Shown piece by piece: positions 51,785 to 61,113 of a DNA stretch of 64,000 bases (within the stretch, counting starts at the first letter, position 1; every line of letters starts with the position of its first letter). Position numbers and translations under genes: made by a program. The notes beneath the pieces are model-generated. The model was not told the origin of the DNA. It ran no database searches and was given only the letters and a program-made list of their open reading frames with translations. Source of the DNA: Candidatus Thorarchaeota archaeon (GTDB taxonomy: Archaea; Asgardarchaeota; Thorarchaeia; Thorarchaeales; Thorarchaeaceae); assembly GCA_048882045.1 (NCBI GenBank), contig JBHLRZ010000006.1, forward strand, positions 32,001-96,000, written 5' to 3'.

Positions 51785-51840
51785 TTAGTCAGTCACTTTT
51801 ATTAGAACAGTAAAAGCAGCCCTAACTGGAAGTCAATAAG

Positions 51841-52413
51841 ATGGAGAGAGTCCGGCGAACAATTAAATGGAATCAATGGCCAGAGATTGCTCAGACTGGA
51901 TTCTTTATCGCGTTAATCATTGGAGTGACTCTTGGAGGATTCAGCCTCTTCAGCTTGGGAATGGGAACATCAACTCCTCTTGTTGTAGTGACAAGTGAGT
52001 CCATGTCCCCAACTCTTGAAGTGGGACATCTTCTGGTTCTGCAGCGACAGGCTCCTGAAGACATAGTCGTTGATGATATCATTGTTTTCGATGCAACTTG
52101 GCATCAGGAAGCCCCCGTGGTGCACAGGGTTGTACAAGTGGATATCATTGGAGGCGAATATTGGTACTGGACAAAAGGAGACAATAATCTACATATCGAT
52201 AGTGTTCCAACCTCATACAATAGTATCATAGGAGTTGTTGTATACGCAATTCCATATATTGGATACATCACACTTGTTCTACAAGAACCAGGAGTCCTTC
52301 CACTCATCATAGTTGTACTCATTGTGATTATTATACTACCAGAGTTTCTTCCAAAGAAAGAACCTGAAGTTGTAGAAACAGATAATGATGGTTCTGAAGC
52401 AAGTACTGAATAG
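51841..52413 (+). CDS. signal peptidase I (archaeal/ER Sec11 type)
   Basis: VVTSESMSPTL, VVHRV, TKGDNN, IPYIGY. Confidence 0.93.
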   Translation: MERVRRTIKWNQWPEIAQTGFFIALIIGVTLGGFSLFSLGMGTSTPLVVVTSESMSPTLEVGHLLVLQRQAPEDIVVDDIIVFDATWHQEAPVVHRVVQVDIIGGEYWYWTKGDNNLHIDSVPTSYNSIIGVVVYAIPYIGYITLVLQEPGVLPLIIVVLIVIIILPEFLPKKEPEVVETDNDGSEASTE

Positions 52414-52495
52414 CTCTATGCCTAACAAGAGAATTAACAGCGGGTGGATGTGTAGTGTTCCTATTCTCCATATTGTATTATCGAAGAAGGAGACA

Positions 52496-54121
52496 CTAGT
52501 TGAATAGTGTATCAACCAATCCTGTGAATGCCTCCGAATACCCATGAGGCAAGATGCCCTCATTGGTTTCTCTGACAAACAACATTGCAGATTCCTCATC
52601 AAAACGGAGAGTCAACAATGCACTTCCTAGCTCTTCTGAGATTGCATCGAACTTAGCACCCTTTGTGGCAGTTGGAATCGCAATCACGGCAGCCTTCACA
52701 GCATCTGTATCCAGGATATTCTTGAGCCTCTTTGCTGAATAGAATGCTGCAACCCCACCACTTCTGTCCCAGTCTTTCACGTTCGGAAGGTCAATACCAA
52801 TATACTGGGTTTCACCGTTCTTTGTAAGTTCGACAATTGCGGCCTGTTGCTTCTGAGTTCCTCCGCCAGATACTTGGAGTTCAACCTCAATTCCGAGTGG
52901 TTTTGCAGCAATAGTAATTGCCCCTACTATCGAGTTCAGGACCACTGTTCCAGTCAGCTTAATGACATAGTCTTCTTGAGGTGCGACTTCGACTGGCTCT
53001 TTTTCAAAAAGAATCTCATCAAGACGAGGAATGAGATATCTGATTGCCTCTCGTGGGTTACCCTCACTCTTATTGAAGGCTATGTCGATGTCAGTAGTAG
53101 AAAACGGGAAGAGTTGGTCGGGAGGAGCTTCGACGTTCTGCTGTTGCCAGTACCTTCTCATAGTTTCCGAAACGAATGTAGCTACATCCTCTCTTGTGAA
53201 TGGTTTCAGATGCACTGGTGCTTCCATTCTAGATTTCATAGGTGCATCTGCGATTGCATACACTCGGTCCCAGATCTCAGTCAAACAAGATGCGACAATG
53301 ACTACGTTTTTTGTTTCGTTATAGATGCGCTTCAATATCTCAAGAAAGTGGCGCTCAGCCTCTTCACCATACGCATTGAACGGGCCTTCCATCTCATCAA
53401 CAAAGAGGACTATGGGTCGTAACGAGCCTTCTGCGAGAATCTTGAGCATAGCCATTGTGACGTCATCCTCCTCTAGAACAGTTCGCACGTTGAGTCGTTC
53501 GAGCTCGGCTTCATTCAACGCATCTCCAAGCAACCATCTTCTTGCAAGATCAGTGGTTGCAGGATCCAATCTGTAGCGAAGTAGTGCCTTGACAGCGTCA
53601 GACGATATTCCAGGATAATCATACAGGAGTCTTTCCATGGCATAGGTGTAGTCATAGATCTCATGGGTGACTCCCTTTACTCCACCAAATTTCGATATCA
53701 ACATGTCAACTGTCTGGTCGAAAAGATCATCTCCAGCCTCATCAACAATGCATGCATGGAGATGGAGTGGGACACGAACTGGTGATGGAGGAGAGGGTAC
53801 ATACACAGCAAGAAAGCTACCTGCTGCAAAGATGTTCTCCTGTTCTTTGATCACCCAGTAGAGATGAGTCTTTCCCATTCCAGCGTCACCAAGAATTGGC
53901 TGGAATCTTGGAGTGTTATCTTTCATCGTGAATCTTGCCACACGCCAGATTGCACGGTCTGCGTCTTGATGGGGGCCAGGGATATCCACATCATCTGGCA
54001 TATCACCCCTTGATACATATCTTCTGAGGGGGGGATCAGCCTTTAGGATTTCAAAATACATCTGAGTGTCGAATTCTGTGGGTGAGTCACTAGGTGGAAT
54101 CGCGAAAACCTCCTCACGCAT
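52496..54121 (-). CDS. AAA+/P-loop ATPase with C-terminal alpha/beta domain
   Basis: Walker A GDAGMGKT, Walker B LFVDEME, KSRM, GNPREAIR; start refined from track 54187. Confidence 0.85.
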   Translation of the reverse strand: MREEVFAIPPSDSPTEFDTQMYFEILKADPPLRRYVSRGDMPDDVDIPGPHQDADRAIWRVARFTMKDNTPRFQPILGDAGMGKTHLYWVIKEQENIFAAGSFLAVYVPSPPSPVRVPLHLHACIVDEAGDDLFDQTVDMLISKFGGVKGVTHEIYDYTYAMERLLYDYPGISSDAVKALLRYRLDPATTDLARRWLLGDALNEAELERLNVRTVLEEDDVTMAMLKILAEGSLRPIVLFVDEMEGPFNAYGEEAERHFLEILKRIYNETKNVVIVASCLTEIWDRVYAIADAPMKSRMEAPVHLKPFTREDVATFVSETMRRYWQQQNVEAPPDQLFPFSTTDIDIAFNKSEGNPREAIRYLIPRLDEILFEKEPVEVAPQEDYVIKLTGTVVLNSIVGAITIAAKPLGIEVELQVSGGGTQKQQAAIVELTKNGETQYIGIDLPNVKDWDRSGGVAAFYSAKRLKNILDTDAVKAAVIAIPTATKGAKFDAISEELGSALLTLRFDEESAMLFVRETNEGILPHGYSEAFTGLVDTLFN

Positions 54122-54232
54122 CTTCACATTTGTGTCAAAACGTTTTGAATGTACCGAAGTCAAGGTCGTATCATAAAAGATTATCAAGGTGGCTGTATCG
54201 ACCTGCTTCGTTGAAAGGACTGTGAAATAAGA

Positions 54233-55537
54233 TTGGACTCTGATGTTCCCGTCAATGGAAGACCAATGGTCGCGAAGATCGCATGGCTCTCCTTGTTGTC
54301 TGCTCTAAATAGACTGAGCATGTCATTCAACCAGATAGTTATGCCTCTCTTTGTGTTAGCTATTGGCTCAGATGAGGCATTCTATGGATTGATCGTTGCA
54401 TTGGCCGGATACGCTCAATCACTGGTTGTCTTTCCTGCTGGAGCATTCAGTGACAGGAGTGGTCGGGGCCTTACTATACTCATTGGTGGATTGTTCTCAG
54501 GTATTGTGATTCTGCTTCTGCCTTTCGCTGTGGATACAACTATGGTGTTGATTCTCTATGCGTCGACAGGTATTGGAGCAGGTTTTCGAATGTCCTCAGT
54601 TCAAGCGCTCATTGCTGATGCAACAAAGAGTGGTCATGAGAGAACACAGTCATATGGCTATACTGCTGCAATAGCCACCCTAGTTGCTGTTGCAGGTCCT
54701 TTCATCGGAGGATTCATTCTAGACGAAAATGCATTTCCGGGTATTGATCCTGTTATGGTCAGGTATATGATTCTCTTCTTCATAATGGGAGGGCTACGAA
54801 TCTCAGCAGGTGTTGTTGGCTTTGTAGCAGAGCGACGATTAAAGACCCAAGGACTACTGAATCATGAAGAGATCATTGAAACTCCAATTGAAAAAACCCA
54901 GAGTGCAGAGAATGATGCAAGAACTGCGGCTCTGTTTGGTCTCAGTCGACTGTTAATGGGCTTCAGTTCAGGTATGGTCATTCCGTACCTGATACTCTGG
55001 ATCATTGATGCTTTCAATCCAAATGAAGTAGTATTGGGGAGTATTCCTGCAATTGCAGGTCTTACTCTTGCGTCTGGGGCCTTATTTGTTGGACTAATGA
55101 GTGAAAGAACAGGGAAACTGAAGATGATCACCGGGCTCTATATTCTTACACCTATCCTCACGTTTGGTATGGTGTACTCACCCCGCCCGGAGGGATTTAT
55201 TTTGATGGTCGTCTTCTATGTCGCCCGTCAGGCCGTAGCTAATATGGCTCAACCAGCGAACAACTCGCTTTTGATGAGTGAAATCAGTCAAACCCGAAGA
55301 GGTCGCTCATATGCTGTCACTCGAGTGATGTGGACTTTCCCAAGACAGACAGGTACGTTAGTAACAGCAGCAATTCTCAGCACTGGGCTTTTTTCGATGA
55401 CTGCGTTTGGTGTCATTGTATTCCCAATCGCGATGATTCTCTATCCAATAAGTGTCATACCAATGTACATTGCTGTTAGGAGAAACCGTGAGCTAATTGC
55501 AGCTGAGGCTATGGTAGTTCCGGATATCGATTCATGA
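54233..55537 (+). CDS. MFS transporter
   Basis: About 12 TM; GAFSDRSGR and LMSERTGK. Confidence 0.9.
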   Translation: MDSDVPVNGRPMVAKIAWLSLLSALNRLSMSFNQIVMPLFVLAIGSDEAFYGLIVALAGYAQSLVVFPAGAFSDRSGRGLTILIGGLFSGIVILLLPFAVDTTMVLILYASTGIGAGFRMSSVQALIADATKSGHERTQSYGYTAAIATLVAVAGPFIGGFILDENAFPGIDPVMVRYMILFFIMGGLRISAGVVGFVAERRLKTQGLLNHEEIIETPIEKTQSAENDARTAALFGLSRLLMGFSSGMVIPYLILWIIDAFNPNEVVLGSIPAIAGLTLASGALFVGLMSERTGKLKMITGLYILTPILTFGMVYSPRPEGFILMVVFYVARQAVANMAQPANNSLLMSEISQTRRGRSYAVTRVMWTFPRQTGTLVTAAILSTGLFSMTAFGVIVFPIAMILYPISVIPMYIAVRRNRELIAAEAMVVPDIDS

Positions 55538-56063
55538 ACTCCTCCCTTAGAATGTCCATGATCATGAGACCCTTGTGAGCCCCATTCATATACTCTGTTT
55601 GACGGAGGACACCAACCCGTTTGAATCCCAATTTCTCGTAGACATGAATGGCTCGTTCATTGTCCTCCATTGTGTCGAGATAGATGCTATTGAGTCCAAG
55701 GATATGGAATCCAATCCGCAGAAGAACCATGACAGCATCACTTCCATATCCCTTTCCTCTGTCCTCGGGATCATAGATCGAGATGCTAAGTTCAGCTCGA
55801 TTGTGAGGAAAAAGAACATCCTGAAGAGCCGCTCCCCCCAAGAATTTACCTGTTGCTTTTTCAACAATCGCCAGATAGAGATGTCCATCTTTCCAGGGAT
55901 CCCACGCTGATACCTTCTGAAGCCACTCCTCCATGTATTTCTTTGATCGTACAATCGGAGGACCAGTGTGTCGCCGAAATTCAAGGGTATTGTAAAACCT
56001 CAGAATGTCTTCAAGGTCAGACATCTCTAATGCTCTCAGTGTAACGAGCTCTCCGTGATACAT
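55509..56063 (-). CDS. GNAT acetyltransferase (RimJ/RimL family)
   Basis: VTLRAL, RGKGYG, NERAIHVYEKLGF. Confidence 0.9.
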   Translation of the reverse strand: MYHGELVTLRALEMSDLEDILRFYNTLEFRRHTGPPIVRSKKYMEEWLQKVSAWDPWKDGHLYLAIVEKATGKFLGGAALQDVLFPHNRAELSISIYDPEDRGKGYGSDAVMVLLRIGFHILGLNSIYLDTMEDNERAIHVYEKLGFKRVGVLRQTEYMNGAHKGLMIMDILREEFMNRYPELP

Positions 56064-56161
56064 AGTAGTGATGGGGATTGACTACCAGATAAACAATTTC
56101 CGGAACCCTTAACATTTGCCACATCGTTCGCAACTGTTCATCTCATAGAGGTGAAATAATA

Positions 56162-56878
56162 ATGTCGAGTTCACTCAGGACACCTTTTGGCATAATACGA
56201 ATACTGCTTGTGTTGATCATTTTAGCATCAATTGTGATGATTGATGTTGTCACACTACGCTTTGGATCTGTGATGATTGCGATTCTATCGCTAGTCAATT
56301 TCTTAGAGAGAAAGGATGATGAAAATTGGTCACGATTCTTATTACTGATGTTCATAGCAATGGTAATTTGTTCAATAGCTGACTTCCTATTGGCTGGAAT
56401 TTTCTTCATCATCCCTGGCGAGGCCCTCATAAACGGAGTCATCTTTTTCCTTGCAGGACATGTAATCTACATTCTAGCGCTGAGAGATCGTTCACCTTTG
56501 TTTCTACGAAGTGAGTCACCTAGAATTATCACAAGGAACTTTTTGATTTGGATAGCTGGAATGGTGGTGATTTTTGCTCTATTCTTCTTCACACTATACA
56601 ATCCTGCACAGATGGTAATTAGTATTGGTCTAGTTTTCTATGGAATCTTCTTAACCTCGTCTCTTGTCTTCAGTATCACAAAATGGTTTGATGACTATCC
56701 CCAACTCTTCAGTCTATTCTTAATCATAGGTTTTCTGCTATTCTTCATATCCGACTATATCCTAGGATACAAGATGTTGATCGATGCGAACTTTCTCCAA
56801 GGAATTGATGCAGTAGGCTATACATATCTCCTTGGTCAAATGATAATTCATCTTTCACCAATGTTTACGAGTGATTAG
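56162..56878 (+). CDS. YhhN/lysoplasmalogenase family membrane protein
   Basis: SIADFLL, GVIFFLAGHVIY, GFLLFFISD, TYLLGQ. Confidence 0.8.
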   Translation: MSSSLRTPFGIIRILLVLIILASIVMIDVVTLRFGSVMIAILSLVNFLERKDDENWSRFLLLMFIAMVICSIADFLLAGIFFIIPGEALINGVIFFLAGHVIYILALRDRSPLFLRSESPRIITRNFLIWIAGMVVIFALFFFTLYNPAQMVISIGLVFYGIFLTSSLVFSITKWFDDYPQLFSLFLIIGFLLFFISDYILGYKMLIDANFLQGIDAVGYTYLLGQMIIHLSPMFTSD

Positions 56879-56890
56879 TGAGGTTTCGAG

Positions 56891-57655
56891 ATGGAGGAGT
56901 ATCTTTTAGCAAACATGACATGGCCAGAGGTCGAAGAACGTCTCAAGGAGTGCGACATCGCAATAGTACCCCTTGGTTCAACTGAGCAACACGGACCAGC
57001 ACTTCCAGTGAGTACTGACCATTACATCGCCACACAATTTGCTTACAGGGCTGCTGAGATGATTTGGGAGGAGCAGAAAGTAGTGGTGACTCCAACCATA
57101 ACATTTGGATTCTCACCACACCATATGGAGTTCAAGGGAACAATTACACTCAGCGAACTCACGTTGTCCAGTATGATTGCAGACGTCTGTCACTCCCTTG
57201 CCCAGCACGGATTTAAGAAAATCATACTTCTCAATGGACATGGAGGAAATGAGACTGCAATATCGAACGCGATGCACGACATGCATGGCAACATCGATGC
57301 AAGGATCTACAATGCAAATTGGTACAGCCTTGTGGGTGACAAGCTTGGTAACATAATAACTCCACCAGCCTATCATGCATGTGACATGGAAACGTCAGTT
57401 GCATGGTACCTTGGACAACGAGTTCTTGAGGACAAGAGAGTGGATGAGCCAGGAGAAAGTCTGGTTCCAGGATTCATTATTCCGGACATGCTTTATCCAG
57501 GACCAAAAGTGGCTACCTCATACAACATGAAGGAGATCTCAAAATCTGGAGTTGTGGGTTACTCTACAAAGGCAACGAGAGATAAAGGAAAGCTCATTGC
57601 AGATATAGTTCTTGAGAGATTGACAGACTTCATCAGAGAGATAGCTAAAATGTAG
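56891..57655 (+). CDS. creatininase/mycofactocin peptidase family amidohydrolase
   Basis: PLGSTEQHGP.LP..TD, NGHGGN, HACDMETS, GVVG. Confidence 0.92.
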   Translation: MEEYLLANMTWPEVEERLKECDIAIVPLGSTEQHGPALPVSTDHYIATQFAYRAAEMIWEEQKVVVTPTITFGFSPHHMEFKGTITLSELTLSSMIADVCHSLAQHGFKKIILLNGHGGNETAISNAMHDMHGNIDARIYNANWYSLVGDKLGNIITPPAYHACDMETSVAWYLGQRVLEDKRVDEPGESLVPGFIIPDMLYPGPKVATSYNMKEISKSGVVGYSTKATRDKGKLIADIVLERLTDFIREIAKM

Positions 57656-57667
57656 GAAGAAAGATGT

Positions 57668-58363
57668 TCAACTCCTTCCTGGCAATAATAGAACGTGATC
57701 GATATTGCTAGTTTCATCTTGATCGATGATGAACTTGGCAGCCCTAGCTACATCTTCAGCAGTAAGCATCTTGTCACGGTTGACATCCCTCCCTTCAAAC
57801 CATGGGGTTGAAACGGAACCAGGATTTAGTGTAGCAGCTTTCACCATTGTTCCCTTCAATTCATCCCTCAAACACCAGACCATCGCCTGAACAGCATGCT
57901 TCGTTCCAGAATAGATACTTGATCGTGCAGATGTCTTCAGTCCAAGATTGGAGGATGTGACGATAATCTGACCTTTGTTCCGTTTTTTCATTCCAGGGAG
58001 AACCTTTCTCATCCATAGAAAGACTCCTCGGACATTAGTGTTGAACTGCTCGTCAAACTGTGAAACTGTCATATCCTCCAAGTTTCCATAATAGCCAACT
58101 CCTGCATTCGCGATGAGTACATCGACTCCTCCCATCATCGCCTCAGCCTCTGCAAACTGCATGTCAACTATTTCTTCGTCAGAAACATCACCAACTCCAG
58201 TGAAGACCTTGCCACCCAGAGTATTTACCTTTGCACATACAGCCTTCAACCTCTCTTCATTCCGACCTGTGAGATAGAAGGTGTGACCTCCAGAAGCCAT
58301 CTCAAGCGCTATTGCTTCTCCAATTCCACTTGAGGCACCAGTAATCAGAATTCTTTTCATCAC
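57668..58363 (-). CDS. short-chain dehydrogenase/reductase
   Basis: TGASSGIG, NAG, YSGTK. Confidence 0.93.
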   Translation of the reverse strand: MMKRILITGASSGIGEAIALEMASGGHTFYLTGRNEERLKAVCAKVNTLGGKVFTGVGDVSDEEIVDMQFAEAEAMMGGVDVLIANAGVGYYGNLEDMTVSQFDEQFNTNVRGVFLWMRKVLPGMKKRNKGQIIVTSSNLGLKTSARSSIYSGTKHAVQAMVWCLRDELKGTMVKAATLNPGSVSTPWFEGRDVNRDKMLTAEDVARAAKFIIDQDETSNIDHVLLLPGRS

Positions 58364-58454
58364 GTGAGTTCATCCCTGAATTCTCGATTCATGATGATGT
58401 TTTTCTAGTTTCGCGTGTAACCAATTTGGGGAAAATATCGTGGTTGAATATAGA

Positions 58455-58655
58455 ATGAAAACCGATGCACTTGTCTGCTTCAATTGTGGGGAGAGAAATC
58501 TAGAGGGCCCATTCAAGCTATATGATGCTAACCTGCGAATCGATTGGAGCACCCACGTCAAACCAGTAGCATTGGTCTGTATGGATTGTGGATATACGAT
58601 TTTTTTCACAGAAGAGAATGAGAGAAAGAAGATCCGGAAGGAGTCAAAGGACTAA
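58455..58655 (+). CDS. small zinc-ribbon protein
   Basis: CFNC...CMDCGYTIFF, basic tail. Confidence 0.75.
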   Translation: MKTDALVCFNCGERNLEGPFKLYDANLRIDWSTHVKPVALVCMDCGYTIFFTEENERKKIRKESKD

Positions 58656-58761
58656 TCGAAGACAACATCAAAAGGTATCTTCAAGACCAGCAACTGAAAC
58701 TCCTTCGGAATAGAAATTGAAGAAGTTTTATTGCTTTCAAGCAAGTCAGAAGTAGGGAGGT

Positions 58762-58998
58762 ATGCTGTTGTCAGAAGTCAGACGCAAGAAAAGTCTAGAA
58801 AAGTGTCACAATTGTCAGTCAGAGAATATTGTTGGACCCTATCAAGCCATGGGAAATATCTGGTTTTCAACAATGAGCAGCGTCAGTAAGGATGCATATG
58901 TTTGTGGTGATTGTTATCATGTCATGATGTTCATTATCGAGAAAGATGAACGCAAGGTGAAAAGAGAAATCGAGAAAAAGACTCACCGAAATACTTAG
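58762..58998 (+). CDS. small zinc-ribbon protein (paralog of the upstream gene)
   Basis: CHNC...CGDCYHVMMF, basic tail. Confidence 0.75.
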   Translation: MLLSEVRRKKSLEKCHNCQSENIVGPYQAMGNIWFSTMSSVSKDAYVCGDCYHVMMFIIEKDERKVKREIEKKTHRNT

Positions 58999-59082
58999 CA
59001 TTGAATTGCCATAAATGAACGCTTAAATTCACTATTGTGAATTAACTAGTATTATCTAAATAAATTCAATGGAGAGAAAGAC

Positions 59083-59937
59083 ATGGCTCAAATTCGAAAG
59101 ATTAAGACTGTATTCAAGAGTAAACCCACCATAGAGGGAGCGGGTGTCCGTTTGAAGCGTGTCTTTGGATACCATGAGACTGAACTGATGGATCCCTTCT
59201 TACTATTGGACCACTTTGGTTCAAACAACCCAGATGACTACATGAAGGGTTTTCCCTGGCACCCCCATCGAGGTATCGAAACTATCACCTACATGATCGA
59301 AGGCAGGGTCAAACACGAGGATAGCTTAGGCAATGCTGGTACCATTGAAACGGGGGATGTGCAATGGATGACCGCAGGGAGCGGTATCATACATCAGGAG
59401 ATGCCAAAGGGTTCAGATGGACGGATGATGGGATTTCAGTTGTGGGCGAATCTTCCTAGTTCAAGCAAGATGATGCATCCGAGGTACCAAGAGGTCAAGG
59501 ATTCCCAGATACCCGAGGTAGAAACCGAAAGTGGTGCCAAGGTGAGAATCATCTGTGGGAATCTTGATGGGACTTGTGGTCCTGTGAGTGAGATTGTAAC
59601 AGATCCAGAGTACATGGATGTAATAGTCCCAGCAGGGAAAAGGTTCGCTCATTCGGTTAGGAAGGGTCACACTGTCTTTGCCTATGTCTTCGAGGGGAGT
59701 GGATACTTCGACGAAGATGAGGAGCAGCTCATTGAATCAGACCACCTAGTACTATTTGAGGATGGAGACCAGATAATAGCTAAAGCAGATGATGAGCAGC
59801 TACGATTCCTTCTAGTGTCTGGAATGCCTATTGGCGAACCCATTGCGTGGTACGGTCCAATTGTCATGAACAACCGCGAAGAACTTGATTTGGCGTTTCG
59901 TGAGTACCGTGAAGGGACCTTCATCAAGCACAACTAG
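59083..59937 (+). CDS. pirin family protein
   Basis: DPFLLLDH, HPHRGIET, MTAGSGIIHQE, GPIVMN. Confidence 0.95.
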   Translation: MAQIRKIKTVFKSKPTIEGAGVRLKRVFGYHETELMDPFLLLDHFGSNNPDDYMKGFPWHPHRGIETITYMIEGRVKHEDSLGNAGTIETGDVQWMTAGSGIIHQEMPKGSDGRMMGFQLWANLPSSSKMMHPRYQEVKDSQIPEVETESGAKVRIICGNLDGTCGPVSEIVTDPEYMDVIVPAGKRFAHSVRKGHTVFAYVFEGSGYFDEDEEQLIESDHLVLFEDGDQIIAKADDEQLRFLLVSGMPIGEPIAWYGPIVMNNREELDLAFREYREGTFIKHN

Positions 59938-59996
59938 AGTACAACTCGATGACAGAGAGCTTATCTGTCACCTCATTTTCTGTAGAAAGGAGAAAG

Positions 59997-61103
59997 ATGA
60001 CAGCTTATATGATTCATCACGAAGATCTACGAATCTTTTCTCAAGAAGTAATCATGAAGATGGGGGCGTCTAAGGAGGATGCTTATCATGTGGCTGATAA
60101 TCTCGTGACATCCAATCTGCGAGGAATCGATTCTCATGGGGTGGGCAGGCTCATGCGGTATGTAGAGGGCATAAAGTCCGGATACATAATACCGACAGCG
60201 ACGCCAGCGATAGAGAAGGATAGTCCGGTTATTGCAAATATCGACGCGATGAATGGATTGGGCCAGCCTGCTGGTGTCTTTGGAATGAAGATGTCAATTG
60301 AGAAAGCATTGAACACAGGTGTCGGGATGGTGACAGTGTTCAACTCTAATCACTATGGATTTGCAGGATACTATGCGATGATGGCTTTGGAAAATGATTT
60401 GATTGGCATTTCAATGACTAATTCTGAACCATTGGTAGTTCCTACGTTTAGTAAGAACGCAATGATTGGTACAAATCCTATTGCATTTGCCGCACCTACG
60501 AAATCAGAGAGACCATGGGTCATGGATTTGGCAACAAGTGTTGTTCCAAGTGGTAAGCTTGAGGTATACGATAGGCTAGGAAAGAAGATTCCAAAAGGTT
60601 GGGCAACAGATGAGAATGGTCAGAGTACAGATGACCCAGCAGTTGTGCTTAACAATCTCTACAGAGGACTTGGCGAAGGGGGAATCTTTCCACTCGGTGG
60701 GGAAGGAGAGCTGCATGGAGGTCACAAAGGATATGGTCTGGCTACTATGGTCGAAATTCTCTGTGGTGTTATGTCAGGAGCCAATTTCCTTAGAGATCTG
60801 GCGTTTAGAAAAGATGAGAAATCCAAACATCCGAGAATTGGACACTTCTTCATGGCGTTTGACCCCTCATTTTTCATAGATATTGACCTGTTCAAAACGA
60901 GAATGGACGATATGATTAACCGACTGAAGACAGCAGAGAAAGCTGAAGGACATGACAGGATATTCGTTCATGGTGAGAAGGAGTACGACGAACACGAACT
61001 CAGAGAACGGAATGGAATACCTGTAGATGAGAAGACAGCTGAGGCTCTGATTGGATACTCTAATGAGTTTTCGATTGATTTGGAATTCATCGACTCAAAG
61101 TAA
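59997..61103 (+). CDS. Ldh_2 family (malate/L-lactate/sulfolactate) dehydrogenase
   Basis: GIDSHG, SNHYG, GTNPIA, DLATS, GHKGYGL; AAGGAG RBS; track start 59949. Confidence 0.92.
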   Translation: MTAYMIHHEDLRIFSQEVIMKMGASKEDAYHVADNLVTSNLRGIDSHGVGRLMRYVEGIKSGYIIPTATPAIEKDSPVIANIDAMNGLGQPAGVFGMKMSIEKALNTGVGMVTVFNSNHYGFAGYYAMMALENDLIGISMTNSEPLVVPTFSKNAMIGTNPIAFAAPTKSERPWVMDLATSVVPSGKLEVYDRLGKKIPKGWATDENGQSTDDPAVVLNNLYRGLGEGGIFPLGGEGELHGGHKGYGLATMVEILCGVMSGANFLRDLAFRKDEKSKHPRIGHFFMAFDPSFFIDIDLFKTRMDDMINRLKTAEKAEGHDRIFVHGEKEYDEHELRERNGIPVDEKTAEALIGYSNEFSIDLEFIDSK

Positions 61104-61113
61104 GGAAAGTAGA

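Noticed and set aside
52496-54121. BREX defence locus
   Set aside because: No pglX, pglZ, brxC or helicase genes nearby.
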